A stretch of 64,000 bases of DNA from Bdellovibrionota bacterium (GTDB lineage: Bacteria > Bdellovibrionota_C > UBA2361 > CALJRW01), in assembly GCA_041740355.1 (NCBI GenBank), contig JBGSMD010000006.1:85663-149662 (forward strand). The letters run 5' to 3'. The notes beneath the pieces are model-generated. The model was given only the letters and a program-made list of their open reading frames with translations, searched no databases and was not told where the DNA came from. Both the position numbers and the translations under genes were made by a program. Below are positions 1 to 8,660 of this stretch, in pieces. Numbering within the stretch: the stretch's first letter is position 1; every line of letters starts with the position of its first letter.

Positions 1-435
1 TTGTTAGTATCTTCCGTAATGAGCCTTCCGCTCAGTTTTTATTTAGCTGGTTCATATCTAGATAATTATTTAGCGGATAAATTTTCTTTCCAGTTACCTT
101 TCGCGCTGGTGTTTCTTTTGTCTGGTAGTTATCTTTTATTAGAGCAAGGACTTTTAATAGATCAACTTGACCATACATTAAATTTAATTAATGCCGCAGC
201 TGATAATTCCTTCTTAATGATTCTGTTCGAAATAATTAGTAAGATAATTATGACAACCACAGGCCTAATGCTAATTGTTTTATTAATCGCGCTAATTTTT
301 ATTGTGCCACTTGCTTGGCTGATGAAAAATTCTCAATTGAATTTTAGTTGGAGTATCCCCAGTCTTAATTTCATATTGATATTATTTTTTTTAGCATCCG
401 GCTACCAGTTAATTTTATCTAAATTATTATCCTAA
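1..435 (+). CDS. Type III export apparatus membrane protein, SctT/FliR-like (5'-partial, divergent)
   Basis: Very hydrophobic multi-TM ORF running off the window edge, immediately upstream of an SctU/FlhB-like gene (canonical T-U order). The family call rests mainly on context. Confidence 0.5.
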   Translation: MLVSSVMSLPLSFYLAGSYLDNYLADKFSFQLPFALVFLLSGSYLLLEQGLLIDQLDHTLNLINAAADNSFLMILFEIISKIIMTTTGLMLIVLLIALIFIVPLAWLMKNSQLNFSWSIPSLNFILILFFLASGYQLILSKLLS

Positions 436-1110
436 ATGGCTTTTAGCTTTCTAAATAACAGGCAGCTGCAAGACCTTCGTCGGCAAGGAATTTTCCAATA
501 TTCTTCTTGGACTAGTCGGCTTATTGTCTTAGTCAGTCTCTCTGGTTATTTTTATTTTTCTGGGGATAAGTTAATTCCTATGCTATTAAGTTTTTATCAA
601 AATCTTTTCTCAATTCATGATTTAAACTTAATGGTAGTGGGGCAATTTTGGAGTAAGCTGTTATTTGATTTTATATTCATCCCAACATTACTTTTAATAC
701 TGTCAATTTTAATTGGGGGGTTATTACAGACTAAGTTTTATTTAAGATTTAATAGTCTGGCATTTGACTTGGGGCAACTTGGATTAAAGGCACAGTTGCA
801 AAAAATTAAGCCAATTAAACGAATTTTATTTGGGCTAGCATTTCCGATACTATTTTTTATTCTATTAATGTTAACAATAAGTTGGGTAAAAAATCTACTT
901 ATTGCTTTTTCCTGGGCGCAGGAGGAATCTCTCGTTCAGTACTTATCTCTCTTCAAATCAATTGCTAGTCAAATTGCCATCGTTGCTGTATTATTAATAT
1001 TCTTAGCAACGATCCTCAACTGGTTCTATTTCCGGCTTGAACATCGAAATATTGATCATGATTTGGCAGAAGATTCTGCCAATCAGAGTGCTATTGATAG
1101 TATTAGATAA
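436..1110 (+). CDS. SctU/FlhB-like export-gate protein, membrane domain only
   Basis: N-terminus RQLQDLRRQGIFQYSSWTS resembles FlhB/SctU KKLxDARxKGQVxxSxE. Four TM segments with a GGLLQTKF..F loop. Ends just after TM4 with no NPTH domain. Confidence 0.65.
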   Translation: MAFSFLNNRQLQDLRRQGIFQYSSWTSRLIVLVSLSGYFYFSGDKLIPMLLSFYQNLFSIHDLNLMVVGQFWSKLLFDFIFIPTLLLILSILIGGLLQTKFYLRFNSLAFDLGQLGLKAQLQKIKPIKRILFGLAFPILFFILLMLTISWVKNLLIAFSWAQEESLVQYLSLFKSIASQIAIVAVLLIFLATILNWFYFRLEHRNIDHDLAEDSANQSAIDSIR

Positions 1111-1352
1111 TGCCATACCCAAAAAAAGACTTAATATCGCATGCTCCTTTATTCTTGTTATTACCAGAACGTCGCTCTTTGGATGGCTTTGAGAAGTATC
1201 TGTCTGCTTTTTATTTAAGGCTGGAAAAACTTAAACAGTTAGAGCAAGAAGGGGATCAGTTATCAAGCGAAGATTTATCTGAACTAACAATGCTACGGCA
1301 AGTCGTCGATTGGCTTACACTCCATTCAGAAATTGAAAGTAATAGGAATTAA
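1110..1352 (+). CDS. Hypothetical protein in T3SS-like operon
   Basis: TAATG stop/start coupling to the upstream gene; 80-aa helical ORF. Confidence 0.6.
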   Translation: MPYPKKDLISHAPLFLLLPERRSLDGFEKYLSAFYLRLEKLKQLEQEGDQLSSEDLSELTMLRQVVDWLTLHSEIESNRN

Positions 1353-1357
1353 TAAAA

Positions 1358-1777
1358 ATGAGTTTATTAGATGCTAAGTCCAGTAGTTATTCCGAGGAAG
1401 AGTTGGACTTGCTTTACTCTTTGGGTCTTTTTTATTTAGAAGCGGGACATTATCGTTCGGCAGAAATGATCTTTCAGGGCTTAACCGCAGTAGCCCCCAG
1501 TTTTGCTGATAGTTGGTTAGCAGCTTCAGCTACATTCTTTATGTTAGGTAATTTTGATCAAGCTAAACGCCATGCGCATCAAGCAATGCGTCTAAATCCC
1601 CATGATATTCAAGTACAATTACTTTATGTGACAATCTTATTGTCTCAAGGTGAATTATCTGAGGCAGGAACTTTACTTGGTGAAATTAAAGAGCAGATTG
1701 ATACTCGGGTGATTCAGAATCCCGATCAGATACGTTATTTTAAAGCACAGTTAGCAAGATTCGAATTTGGTCAGTAA
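1358..1777 (+). CDS. TPR protein, SycD/LcrH-like class II T3SS chaperone
   Basis: LYSLGLFYLEAGHYRSAEMIFQGL..AP....WLA TPR pattern, 139 aa, next to export genes. Confidence 0.7.
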   Translation: MSLLDAKSSSYSEEELDLLYSLGLFYLEAGHYRSAEMIFQGLTAVAPSFADSWLAASATFFMLGNFDQAKRHAHQAMRLNPHDIQVQLLYVTILLSQGELSEAGTLLGEIKEQIDTRVIQNPDQIRYFKAQLARFEFGQ

Positions 1778-1837
1778 GCATTTAGACTTTGGCAGATCTC
1801 AAAAGAAAAAACTATAAATATTTACGTAGGTCAGTAG

Positions 1838-2188
1838 TTACAACTTTTCTTTGTCATCATCTTCATCATTGTCACCCGAGTCAACTAATGCTGCATCGAT
1901 AGTTTGCTTTACAGCTAATTCAATTGCCTCGCGTTGAGCTTGAGGTATTTTTGAGTTAGAAAAAAGCTTTTCAGCTTCTTGCTCTACCATTTGTAATAAT
2001 TCGCTACGTTCTTGGAAAGACATTTCCCTCGTAGGCATTCGACTAGTGCTAGAGACGCCAGTAATTGCTCCAACTTTAGAAGTTTTATTAACCTGAGAAA
2101 TTGCTTCGGATTTACGTACCGAATTTAAGGCATCAGTTTTATTAATACCCTTAATTTTTTTATCATTTGAATCAACACCATCAACCAT
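1838..2188 (-). CDS. Hypothetical protein downstream of sigma factor (candidate anti-sigma or secreted substrate)
   Basis: GGAG RBS; Ser/Thr/Asn/Lys-rich N-terminus, helical C-terminus, acidic tail. Confidence 0.7.
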   Translation of the reverse strand: MVDGVDSNDKKIKGINKTDALNSVRKSEAISQVNKTSKVGAITGVSSTSRMPTREMSFQERSELLQMVEQEAEKLFSNSKIPQAQREAIELAVKQTIDAALVDSGDNDEDDDKEKL

Positions 2189-2216
2189 TTTATTCTCCGT
2201 TCATTTAGAAATCTAT

Positions 2217-3002
2217 TTAGTACTGTCCTGAAAATTCTGAAACTTTTTTTGTAAATATTCCAAAATCTTCTTGATTTGCTAAGACCATATTGGCATCTTT
2301 TAGTCCTGGCCTAATACGCGGGCAATCTAATTCTTTACCTGTAGAAACACTTTTTTGTAGATACTCCATGATGACTTTGTGTTCTCGAATTACATTTAAC
2401 TCATCGGTATTCCATTCCGTTGCAACACCACGAAGCGATAGTCCTTCCCAGTAGACCTTCCAGACTAGTAATTGATGCAGAGGTTGTAGATCGGAGAGAT
2501 TGATGATCAATTGTTTAAACTCAGTTGCTTCTTCCGGATTGGAATCTTGAATTCCATGTTTAGTAGATATTAAACAGGCACTAATTAACAACTGTTGAAT
2601 TCCAACGCGGACACCTTGTTCCGAATCATCATCACTCGGCAAAACACCTGATCTAATTTGAGGATATAATTCAAATAACTCAGCAGAAATTGCGCGGGCT
2701 AATCTTTCTGTGCGTTTAGAATTGCGACTATCTTTTTCCCAAGATTTACTATTACGGGCAGCTTCAGTAGATGCTTCATGAATTCTGCGGCGGGCATAAC
2801 TCTTAAATGGCACACCTAAATTAGGATCAAATCTGCGAGCACAAAAAATTAATGCTTCAAAAGCAGCTCCATCTAGTCCATCATCTTGCCAATGTAAACT
2901 CCATCCCCGAGCAACCGATTTGGCAATTTTCTCTGCCCAAATTTGGTGTTCAAGTACTAACTCATTGGCTTCATCCATGCTTAAAATCGTTGTTTCGGTC
3001 AT
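2217..3002 (-). CDS. Sigma-70 family factor, FliA/WhiG-like (divergent)
   Basis: Region 2 motif ARRFDPNLGVPFKSYARRRI; region 4-like LQPLHQLLVWKVYWEGLSLRGVA. Confidence 0.8.
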   Translation of the reverse strand: MTETTILSMDEANELVLEHQIWAEKIAKSVARGWSLHWQDDGLDGAAFEALIFCARRFDPNLGVPFKSYARRRIHEASTEAARNSKSWEKDSRNSKRTERLARAISAELFELYPQIRSGVLPSDDDSEQGVRVGIQQLLISACLISTKHGIQDSNPEEATEFKQLIINLSDLQPLHQLLVWKVYWEGLSLRGVATEWNTDELNVIREHKVIMEYLQKSVSTGKELDCPRIRPGLKDANMVLANQEDFGIFTKKVSEFSGQY

Positions 3003-3161
3003 CTTAAGTATTTTACATTAAAAATTTAGAATTCGCCATAAGTTTATAGAAGCAGTTCCCTAAGAATCCACGACAATTACTTATGTGCAATGCACTAATC
3101 GCAGACTGGCTATTCAAATCTTGGCTAAATCCCAAGTTTGAGTTCCTAAAAACAATAAGCT

Positions 3162-3221
3162 TAGTAAACCCAAGGGAAATTCCTGAAATGTTCTTCAGAA
3201 ATTATTTTTGAATTTACTATA
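3162..3221 (-). repeat. Degenerate copy of module A of the TATAGT-ended dispersed element
   Basis: Minus strand TATAGTAAATTCAAAAATAATTTC...GGAATTTCCCTTGGGTTTACTA aligns with module A and still folds. Confidence 0.6.
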
Positions 3222-3324
3222 AATTTTAAGCTGTTCAAATTTAATCGAAGTGATTTTTGAACCAGCCGTGGATTCCAAAAGTTAATGTTGCTATACATTT
3301 CCTTTTGGAGTCCACTCATAAGGG

Positions 3325-4110
3325 ATGTTTGTTATGAGTAATAGTCGTTCAGAAGAAGCTAAAACTAAAGCTAAAATATATGATTTCGCAAAAATAGTTG
3401 AGCGTAAGGAATCAATTGCGACCCACCTAAGTATCCATGAAAAGAATGGTTTAATCATGAAAAACAGAATTCAGGGCCGTAAATTAGCCTGTAGCATGCT
3501 AAGAAAATGGAACTGTCGACTAGATTTAGAAGAAGTTGATAGTATCGTAGACTTATCTCTCTGCGAAGCAGTAAAGTATTTTGACCCGGCCAAAGGAGTG
3601 AATTTTCTAACTTTCCTTTTCTATCATTTACGTGGAAATTTAATTCGTACAATTAAAATCCAAGCGAATCAAACTGCTATTCCTTTAGAGTTTACCGATG
3701 AGAATATGGAAAGTGGCTATATCGGTCATGAAAGAATTAATACTGCTGATGCTTTTGAAACTTTTGGAACTGTCCAGAAGTCTCCCGACCAGCAATTACA
3801 AGAAGGCCAATTTTTCGAATTAACAAAACTTGCTTGTGAAAAATTAACGGATCTGGAGCGAGAAATTATCAAAAATGTTTTTATTCATGAGGAGCAGGTA
3901 ACCCAACTTGCACAAGATTTAAATTATAGTCGCTGTCATATTTCCAGATTAAAAACAGCTACGATTAATAAATTAAGATCAGAGATCGAAAAAATTACAG
4001 GCGAGAAAATTTCTGTATCGGAAGGAGTAGATAGTCCTCGTCGAGCACTAGATGTTAGACATCGAGTTCGTGTGCACAAGGTTAGGAAGGTAAAAAAGAT
4101 AGCTGCTTAA
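3325..4110 (+). CDS. Sigma-70 family factor, FliA/SigB-like
   Basis: Region 2 EAVKYFDPAKGVNFLTFLFYHLRGNL; region 4 LTDLEREII...LAQDLNYSRCHISRL. Confidence 0.85.
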   Translation: MFVMSNSRSEEAKTKAKIYDFAKIVERKESIATHLSIHEKNGLIMKNRIQGRKLACSMLRKWNCRLDLEEVDSIVDLSLCEAVKYFDPAKGVNFLTFLFYHLRGNLIRTIKIQANQTAIPLEFTDENMESGYIGHERINTADAFETFGTVQKSPDQQLQEGQFFELTKLACEKLTDLEREIIKNVFIHEEQVTQLAQDLNYSRCHISRLKTATINKLRSEIEKITGEKISVSEGVDSPRRALDVRHRVRVHKVRKVKKIAA

Positions 4111-4120
4111 TCTTAAATTA

Positions 4121-4148
4121 AAGGCATCACTGTATTAGGTGTTGCCTT
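4121..4148 (+). terminator. Probable terminator hairpin after sigma gene
   Basis: AAGGCATCAC...GTGTTGCCTT stem 10 nt after the stop codon. Confidence 0.45.
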
Positions 4149-4382
4149 CGATTTAAATATTCACAAGTTATAGTAAGCACGAAGTTCTGGAAGTGACCCA
4201 CCCCCAAGGAACGCCTTATCCAAGGTTGGAGGAAATTCTTAATGGATTTGCTATAATTGTTGTTTTTAGGAATTCAAAGTAAATATCCTCCTTCGCTTAA
4301 GCTCTGGCATGAGAGGAGTTCAAGATTTGAAAAGCCGATAAATATTGATTTTTACAAATTTAATATTATAAGCGAGGCTCCC

Positions 4383-4433
4383 GAGTCCTAAAAATAATTT
4401 CCTTCAAGGAAATCGTGTTTAGGACGCTCTATA
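4383..4433. repeat. Divergent module-A-like hairpin of dispersed element
   Basis: GAGTCCTAAAAATAATTTCC-TTCAA-GGAAATCGTGTTTAGGACGCTCTATA; ends in CTATA. Confidence 0.5.
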
Positions 4434-4606
4434 TTACTTTAGTAATATAGAAAGAAGCTAACGTTCCATTCTTTTAAATGATTTAAATCCTATCACAATT
4501 GAGTCGTCTCAGACTTGAATTTTATCTTGCAACTAACTAAGATTGCCCAGCTGTTAAGTCATTTCAGTCAGAAATTACTAGCACTATTTTATTAATCACC
4601 AATTTA

Positions 4607-5485
4607 ATGTTTTTGGCATTTATTAAATTACTGTTACTGATTCTCGGGGCTTCGGCCATAATTACACCGATTAGCTATTATCTGTTACCTAAGATTTTTG
4701 TGATGGAATCAATGTGGCCGTATTCGCGAGTATATGATCGGGTAGCTTTAGTTGTCTTGATCGTGGGGCTTTATTATTATCGCAAAGAATTTAAGCTTAG
4801 TGAGCTAAAGGCTGATTTTGCTCTTTGGAAAGAAAATTTAAAATGGCGTAAGTTTTTCCTAGGATTTTTCATCGCTTTAATTCCAGTCCTTTTAGTTTTG
4901 CCTCTGAAAGTCCAGCTAGGGGATTTGAGTTGGAGAGTTGAAGACTTTTCTTATTACTTATTTCGAACAGCAAAACTAATACCAACTATTTTTGTTGTTT
5001 CTTTTCTAGAAGAACTAGTATTTCGGATTTTTATTTTCTGGACGCTTTATAAATCATTTGGACTCTTAAAAGGTGTAGTTTTAAGTAGTGTTTTTTATTC
5101 TTTTGTTCATTTCATTGCTCCTGTGAAAACCTTTAAGGTTGAGGGATATGATTTTTGGGCAGGATTTGAATATTACTTAATTGTAACCGAAAGAATTTTA
5201 TCGTTCGAGATGATTTCTGCCCTAATTGTTTTAATCACCATTGGTGGTTTTCTTGCCCTGTTACTTAAGCAAACTCGCTCCTTGTTTTTATGCGCAGGAT
5301 TTCATGGAGGATGGATTGCTGCAATAAAAATTGCTAAATTTTATACAATTTTTAAGGAAACAGGCGTTAGTAAACTTCAAGAACAGTATTTTTTATTAAC
5401 CTTTCCGGCCACTTGGTTGGCATTAGCAACCACACTATTTTTTGCCTACTTAATTTTCTTTAGAAAAAAACTATGGAATTATTAA
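4607..5485 (+). CDS. CPBP/Abi (CAAX) family intramembrane metalloprotease
   Basis: EELVFR, FVH and HGGW motifs; multi-TM. Confidence 0.9.
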   Translation: MFLAFIKLLLLILGASAIITPISYYLLPKIFVMESMWPYSRVYDRVALVVLIVGLYYYRKEFKLSELKADFALWKENLKWRKFFLGFFIALIPVLLVLPLKVQLGDLSWRVEDFSYYLFRTAKLIPTIFVVSFLEELVFRIFIFWTLYKSFGLLKGVVLSSVFYSFVHFIAPVKTFKVEGYDFWAGFEYYLIVTERILSFEMISALIVLITIGGFLALLLKQTRSLFLCAGFHGGWIAAIKIAKFYTIFKETGVSKLQEQYFLLTFPATWLALATTLFFAYLIFFRKKLWNY

Positions 5486-6090
5486 TTGCTAGTAATAATG
5501 CGGGAAAGGTTCAGGAAATTAAGTCGTATTTATTACATCCTAACCTCAAAATATACAGTTTGCAGGATTGGCAGACGGCTAAAAAACTTAAGGGTTCTGT
5601 GCCAGATCCAGAGGAAACAGGGCAAACTTACCAAGAGAATTCCTTAATTAAAGCTAAGGCAGCTTACCAGTGGGCAAGAATACCTTGTTTAGCGGATGAT
5701 ACAGGTTTAGAGGTTGAAGCCTTGGATAATGGACCAGGATTATACACTGCTCGCTATGCAGGAGTAAACGCTAGCTATGCTGATAACATTGCCAAAATGA
5801 AAAATGATTTAAGTGGAGTTGTAAATCGCCGTGCAAAATTCAAAGCATGTTTAGTATATTTTGATGGGGATCAGCAAGTAGTATTTAATGGAGAAATCTC
5901 TGGGGAGATTTTAACAGTAGAGCAAGGGGCTGGTGGTTTTGGTTACGATCCGATTTTTAAGCCTGATGGGAGAGACGTGACTTTTGCTGATTTAAAAATT
6001 TCTGAGCCGCAATATCCAACCCATCGAATTCAAGCACTAATTAAATTTAGAGAATTTTTACTTGCTTCAAAGCTTCATACAGCACAATAG
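5473..6090 (+). CDS. rdgB: Non-canonical purine NTP pyrophosphatase (HAM1 family)
   Basis: ASNNAGK, ADDTGLEVEAL, PGLYTARYAG, GFGYDPIF, THR motifs. Confidence 0.95.
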   Translation: MELLIASNNAGKVQEIKSYLLHPNLKIYSLQDWQTAKKLKGSVPDPEETGQTYQENSLIKAKAAYQWARIPCLADDTGLEVEALDNGPGLYTARYAGVNASYADNIAKMKNDLSGVVNRRAKFKACLVYFDGDQQVVFNGEISGEILTVEQGAGGFGYDPIFKPDGRDVTFADLKISEPQYPTHRIQALIKFREFLLASKLHTAQ

Positions 6091-6502
6091 AAACAGCGTT
6101 ACTTAAATTTAAACTTCGTACACCAGTTTCTAACATTGGAATTTGTAGTAATTGTTCGTTAGGAAACTTATTCATGAACTCTGATCCAAGTCCTTTAGTC
6201 TCACTTCCAAAGACCAAACAATCTTCTTTTCCAAAATCAGCTTGATAATATGCCTTGCTCGCAAATTTGCTTAGGAGCCAAATTTTCCTAGGGGCATGTT
6301 TTTCTTGATAATCTTCCCATTCTAAATATTGTTCTAAATGGACATAAGGCCAGTAATCAAGTCCGGCACGTTTAACAGTCCGATCTGATATTTCAAAAGC
6401 GGGCTGTCCTATAATCATTAGTGGTGTTTTAGTGGCAGCGCAAGTTCGGGCGATAGAGCCAGTATTTTGGGGAATTTGGGGGTTAACTAGGGCTACGTGC
6501 AT
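6047..6502 (-). CDS. trmL: tRNA (cytidine/uridine-2'-O)-methyltransferase, SpoU family
   Basis: PQIPQNTG, RAGLDYW, VFGSETKGL, RSLNLSNAV; ATG at 6502 preferred over 6520. Confidence 0.95.
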   Translation of the reverse strand: MHVALVNPQIPQNTGSIARTCAATKTPLMIIGQPAFEISDRTVKRAGLDYWPYVHLEQYLEWEDYQEKHAPRKIWLLSKFASKAYYQADFGKEDCLVFGSETKGLGSEFMNKFPNEQLLQIPMLETGVRSLNLSNAVSIVLYEALKQVKIL

Positions 6503-6582
6503 GACTAGGACTATACCCAAATACTTTAATTATTTCAATTTTGTGCTATCTATTACGGGGCAAAATTATTAATTTATAAAAG

Positions 6583-7356
6583 ATGTTAAACGCAACCTTA
6601 GTTAAAAAAATAGAAATTACAGAGCATTTATTAATTTACCGAGTTAAGCCTGATGAGGAGATCCCAGACTTCACCGCAGGGCAGTATGTAGCCTTGGGTC
6701 TCATGCCTGAAAATCTTCGTCCAAGTCATTTTCCTGTCGAATTACACCCTCAAAAACCAGAAAAATTGATTAAACGAACCTATTCAATTGCTTCCTCGCC
6801 GGTAGAAAAAAATTATTTTGAATTCTATTTAGCGATAGTTCCTGATGGAACACTCAGTTCTAGACTTTGTTACTTACAAGAAGGCGAACGCTTATATTGT
6901 GCACCAAAAGTAACCGGAAAATTTACACTTGATGTTGTGCCTCCAGAAGCCAACGTTGTGATGGTTGCCACAGGGACTGGTTTAGCTCCGTTTTTATCTA
7001 TGCTTCGAACCCCAAGTACCTGGGAGCAACCTGGAAAGATTACATTAGTTTATGGTGTAAGATATCAAACAGATGTTGCTTATTTGCAGGAATTACAAGA
7101 TTTAACTAAAGAACATGAAAACTTTACCTTTGCAGTGACAGTTAGTCGACCTAGTGAGGATTGGCCTGGGCATAAAGGCTATGTGCAAACATTGTTTGAG
7201 TCAAATCAAGTTATGCTGGATTCATTAACAGATCATTTGATGTTGTGTGGTAACCCCGCTATGATTGATGATATGCAAAAGTATTTAGAGTCAAAAGGCT
7301 TTATTGAAAATACGCGTAAATTACCGGGGAATATTCATTTAGAAAAGTATTGGTAA
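6583..7356 (+). CDS. fpr: Ferredoxin/flavodoxin-NADP+ reductase
   Basis: RTYSIAS, ATGTGLAPFLSM, LCGNPAMI, C-terminal EKYW. Confidence 0.93.
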   Translation: MLNATLVKKIEITEHLLIYRVKPDEEIPDFTAGQYVALGLMPENLRPSHFPVELHPQKPEKLIKRTYSIASSPVEKNYFEFYLAIVPDGTLSSRLCYLQEGERLYCAPKVTGKFTLDVVPPEANVVMVATGTGLAPFLSMLRTPSTWEQPGKITLVYGVRYQTDVAYLQELQDLTKEHENFTFAVTVSRPSEDWPGHKGYVQTLFESNQVMLDSLTDHLMLCGNPAMIDDMQKYLESKGFIENTRKLPGNIHLEKYW

Positions 7357-7688
7357 ATAAAATGGAAGAAAATCAAAGTAAGCAAAACGTAGGAAATCCA
7401 TGGTCAAAGTTAGTAGCTTGGATTAATAGCACTAGCTTATTTAAGTTCATCAAGTTGAAAACCAGAAATGAATGGTCTAATGCCTTCAAAACCCAGATAA
7501 GTGCGACTTACCAAACATTAACAAATTCATCTGAGAAATCACTACTAATCGGATTTCTTGCTGGTGTGTTAGTTGTTATTTTTCCAATGCTAATTTTTAA
7601 ATTACTTCTACTTCTTCTGTTAATAGCATTGTTGATCTGGTTTATTGCTGATGAGTCTAGAGAGGAAGCCGAAGATCATATAGAGTGA
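7350..7688 (+). CDS. Small membrane protein, hypothetical
   Basis: C-terminal double hydrophobic segment; start may be ATG 7362. Confidence 0.65.
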   Translation: MVNKMEENQSKQNVGNPWSKLVAWINSTSLFKFIKLKTRNEWSNAFKTQISATYQTLTNSSEKSLLIGFLAGVLVVIFPMLIFKLLLLLLLIALLIWFIADESREEAEDHIE

Positions 7689-7721
7689 TACACCATTAAT
7701 ATTCATGTATCTGTAAAACAG

Positions 7722-7923
7722 CTAATAATTGCATTTTTTAGCTATAGAGCTTGGATTTTCTACCGTCCAAGCTTTCATAGCAGACTGAAGTAAACTAAGT
7801 GCGATTGTATCATAGGCTTTTGCTCGATATTCTTTATATAAAGCAGCAGAAATAGAAGCTAAAATTCCGACAATAGTAACGGTTACTAATAATTCAACCA
7901 GAGTGAATCCCGTTTTTTTTCAT
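7722..7923 (-). pseudogene. Frameshifted type IV prepilin-like gene (absent from the ORF track)
   Basis: ATG-A8-CG-GGA TTC ACT CTG GTT GAA. Removing one A gives MKKTGFTLVELLVTVTIVGILASISAALYKEYRAKAYD... (about 66 aa). Confidence 0.75.
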
Positions 7924-8049
7924 TTGCAATACTTCTCGGCATTATATTAAAAAAATTAAAATCCCCCCACAATTTCAAGTTAATAAAACATTGGCAATAC
8001 ATTTTTAGGTAAAATACTACTGAAAGATCTGTCATAAACCTAATAAAGC

Positions 8050-8135
8050 TAACTATATGATTTGATTATCCCTACGGGGGATATTAAGCCCCAAAAAGTA
8101 ATTCCCAATGGAAATTACTTTTTGGACTCACTATA
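8050..8135 (-). mobile_element. Dispersed TATAGT-ended element, copy 1 (modules A+B, start of C)
   Basis: Reverse complement nearly identical to 28703-28788. Confidence 0.85.
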
Positions 8136-8273
8136 TACAAGTGATAATTTGGAATACTTATTCTAATCTTTGATCCAAATTAATCTTTTTTAATCAAAAT
8201 ATTTAATGACTTACAAGTATAGATACGATTCCTTATCTTGTTAGTTAGTTTATTTTGGTTAAAGCTGAAGGTT

Positions 8274-8660
8274 ATGAACAAAGAAGAAGACTTTACTCAG
8301 ATATCGTTTGAATTAGAAGAAGCAGGACTTATTTGGCAACCTTCCTTTGGTGACGAAATCGTGGTTAGGAAAGAGCCCGTGCGAGTCTCGATCTTAGTGG
8401 ATTCAGCCGGACTTACGCCCGATGAGTTAAGAGATGTTTATATTTGGCGTCCATCAGTCGAACAGATGGTTCTTCAGGTTGAGGTAAGGCAAGCAATTTT
8501 AAAGCATAGTGGTCTTGAACTAAGCGAGAAGATGATTCAGTATTTAACTATTTTGGATACTCATTATGGGAAGATAGAAGCTCGAGCTCAAAGCTTAAGA
8601 GATTCAATTGGCTTAGGCTTAAAAGATTTACTTTTAATCAGTTCAAGTCCGATTCACTAG
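8274..8660 (+). CDS. Hypothetical protein
   Basis: ORF with GAAGG RBS before ATG 8274 (track start 8238 is TTG). Confidence 0.7.
   Translation: MNKEEDFTQISFELEEAGLIWQPSFGDEIVVRKEPVRVSILVDSAGLTPDELRDVYIWRPSVEQMVLQVEVRQAILKHSGLELSEKMIQYLTILDTHYGKIEARAQSLRDSIGLGLKDLLLISSSPIH

Noticed and set aside
4334-4341. Perfect sigma-28 -10 box GCCGATAA downstream of the sigma gene
   Set aside because: No TAAA -35 at 15-nt spacing; could be chance.
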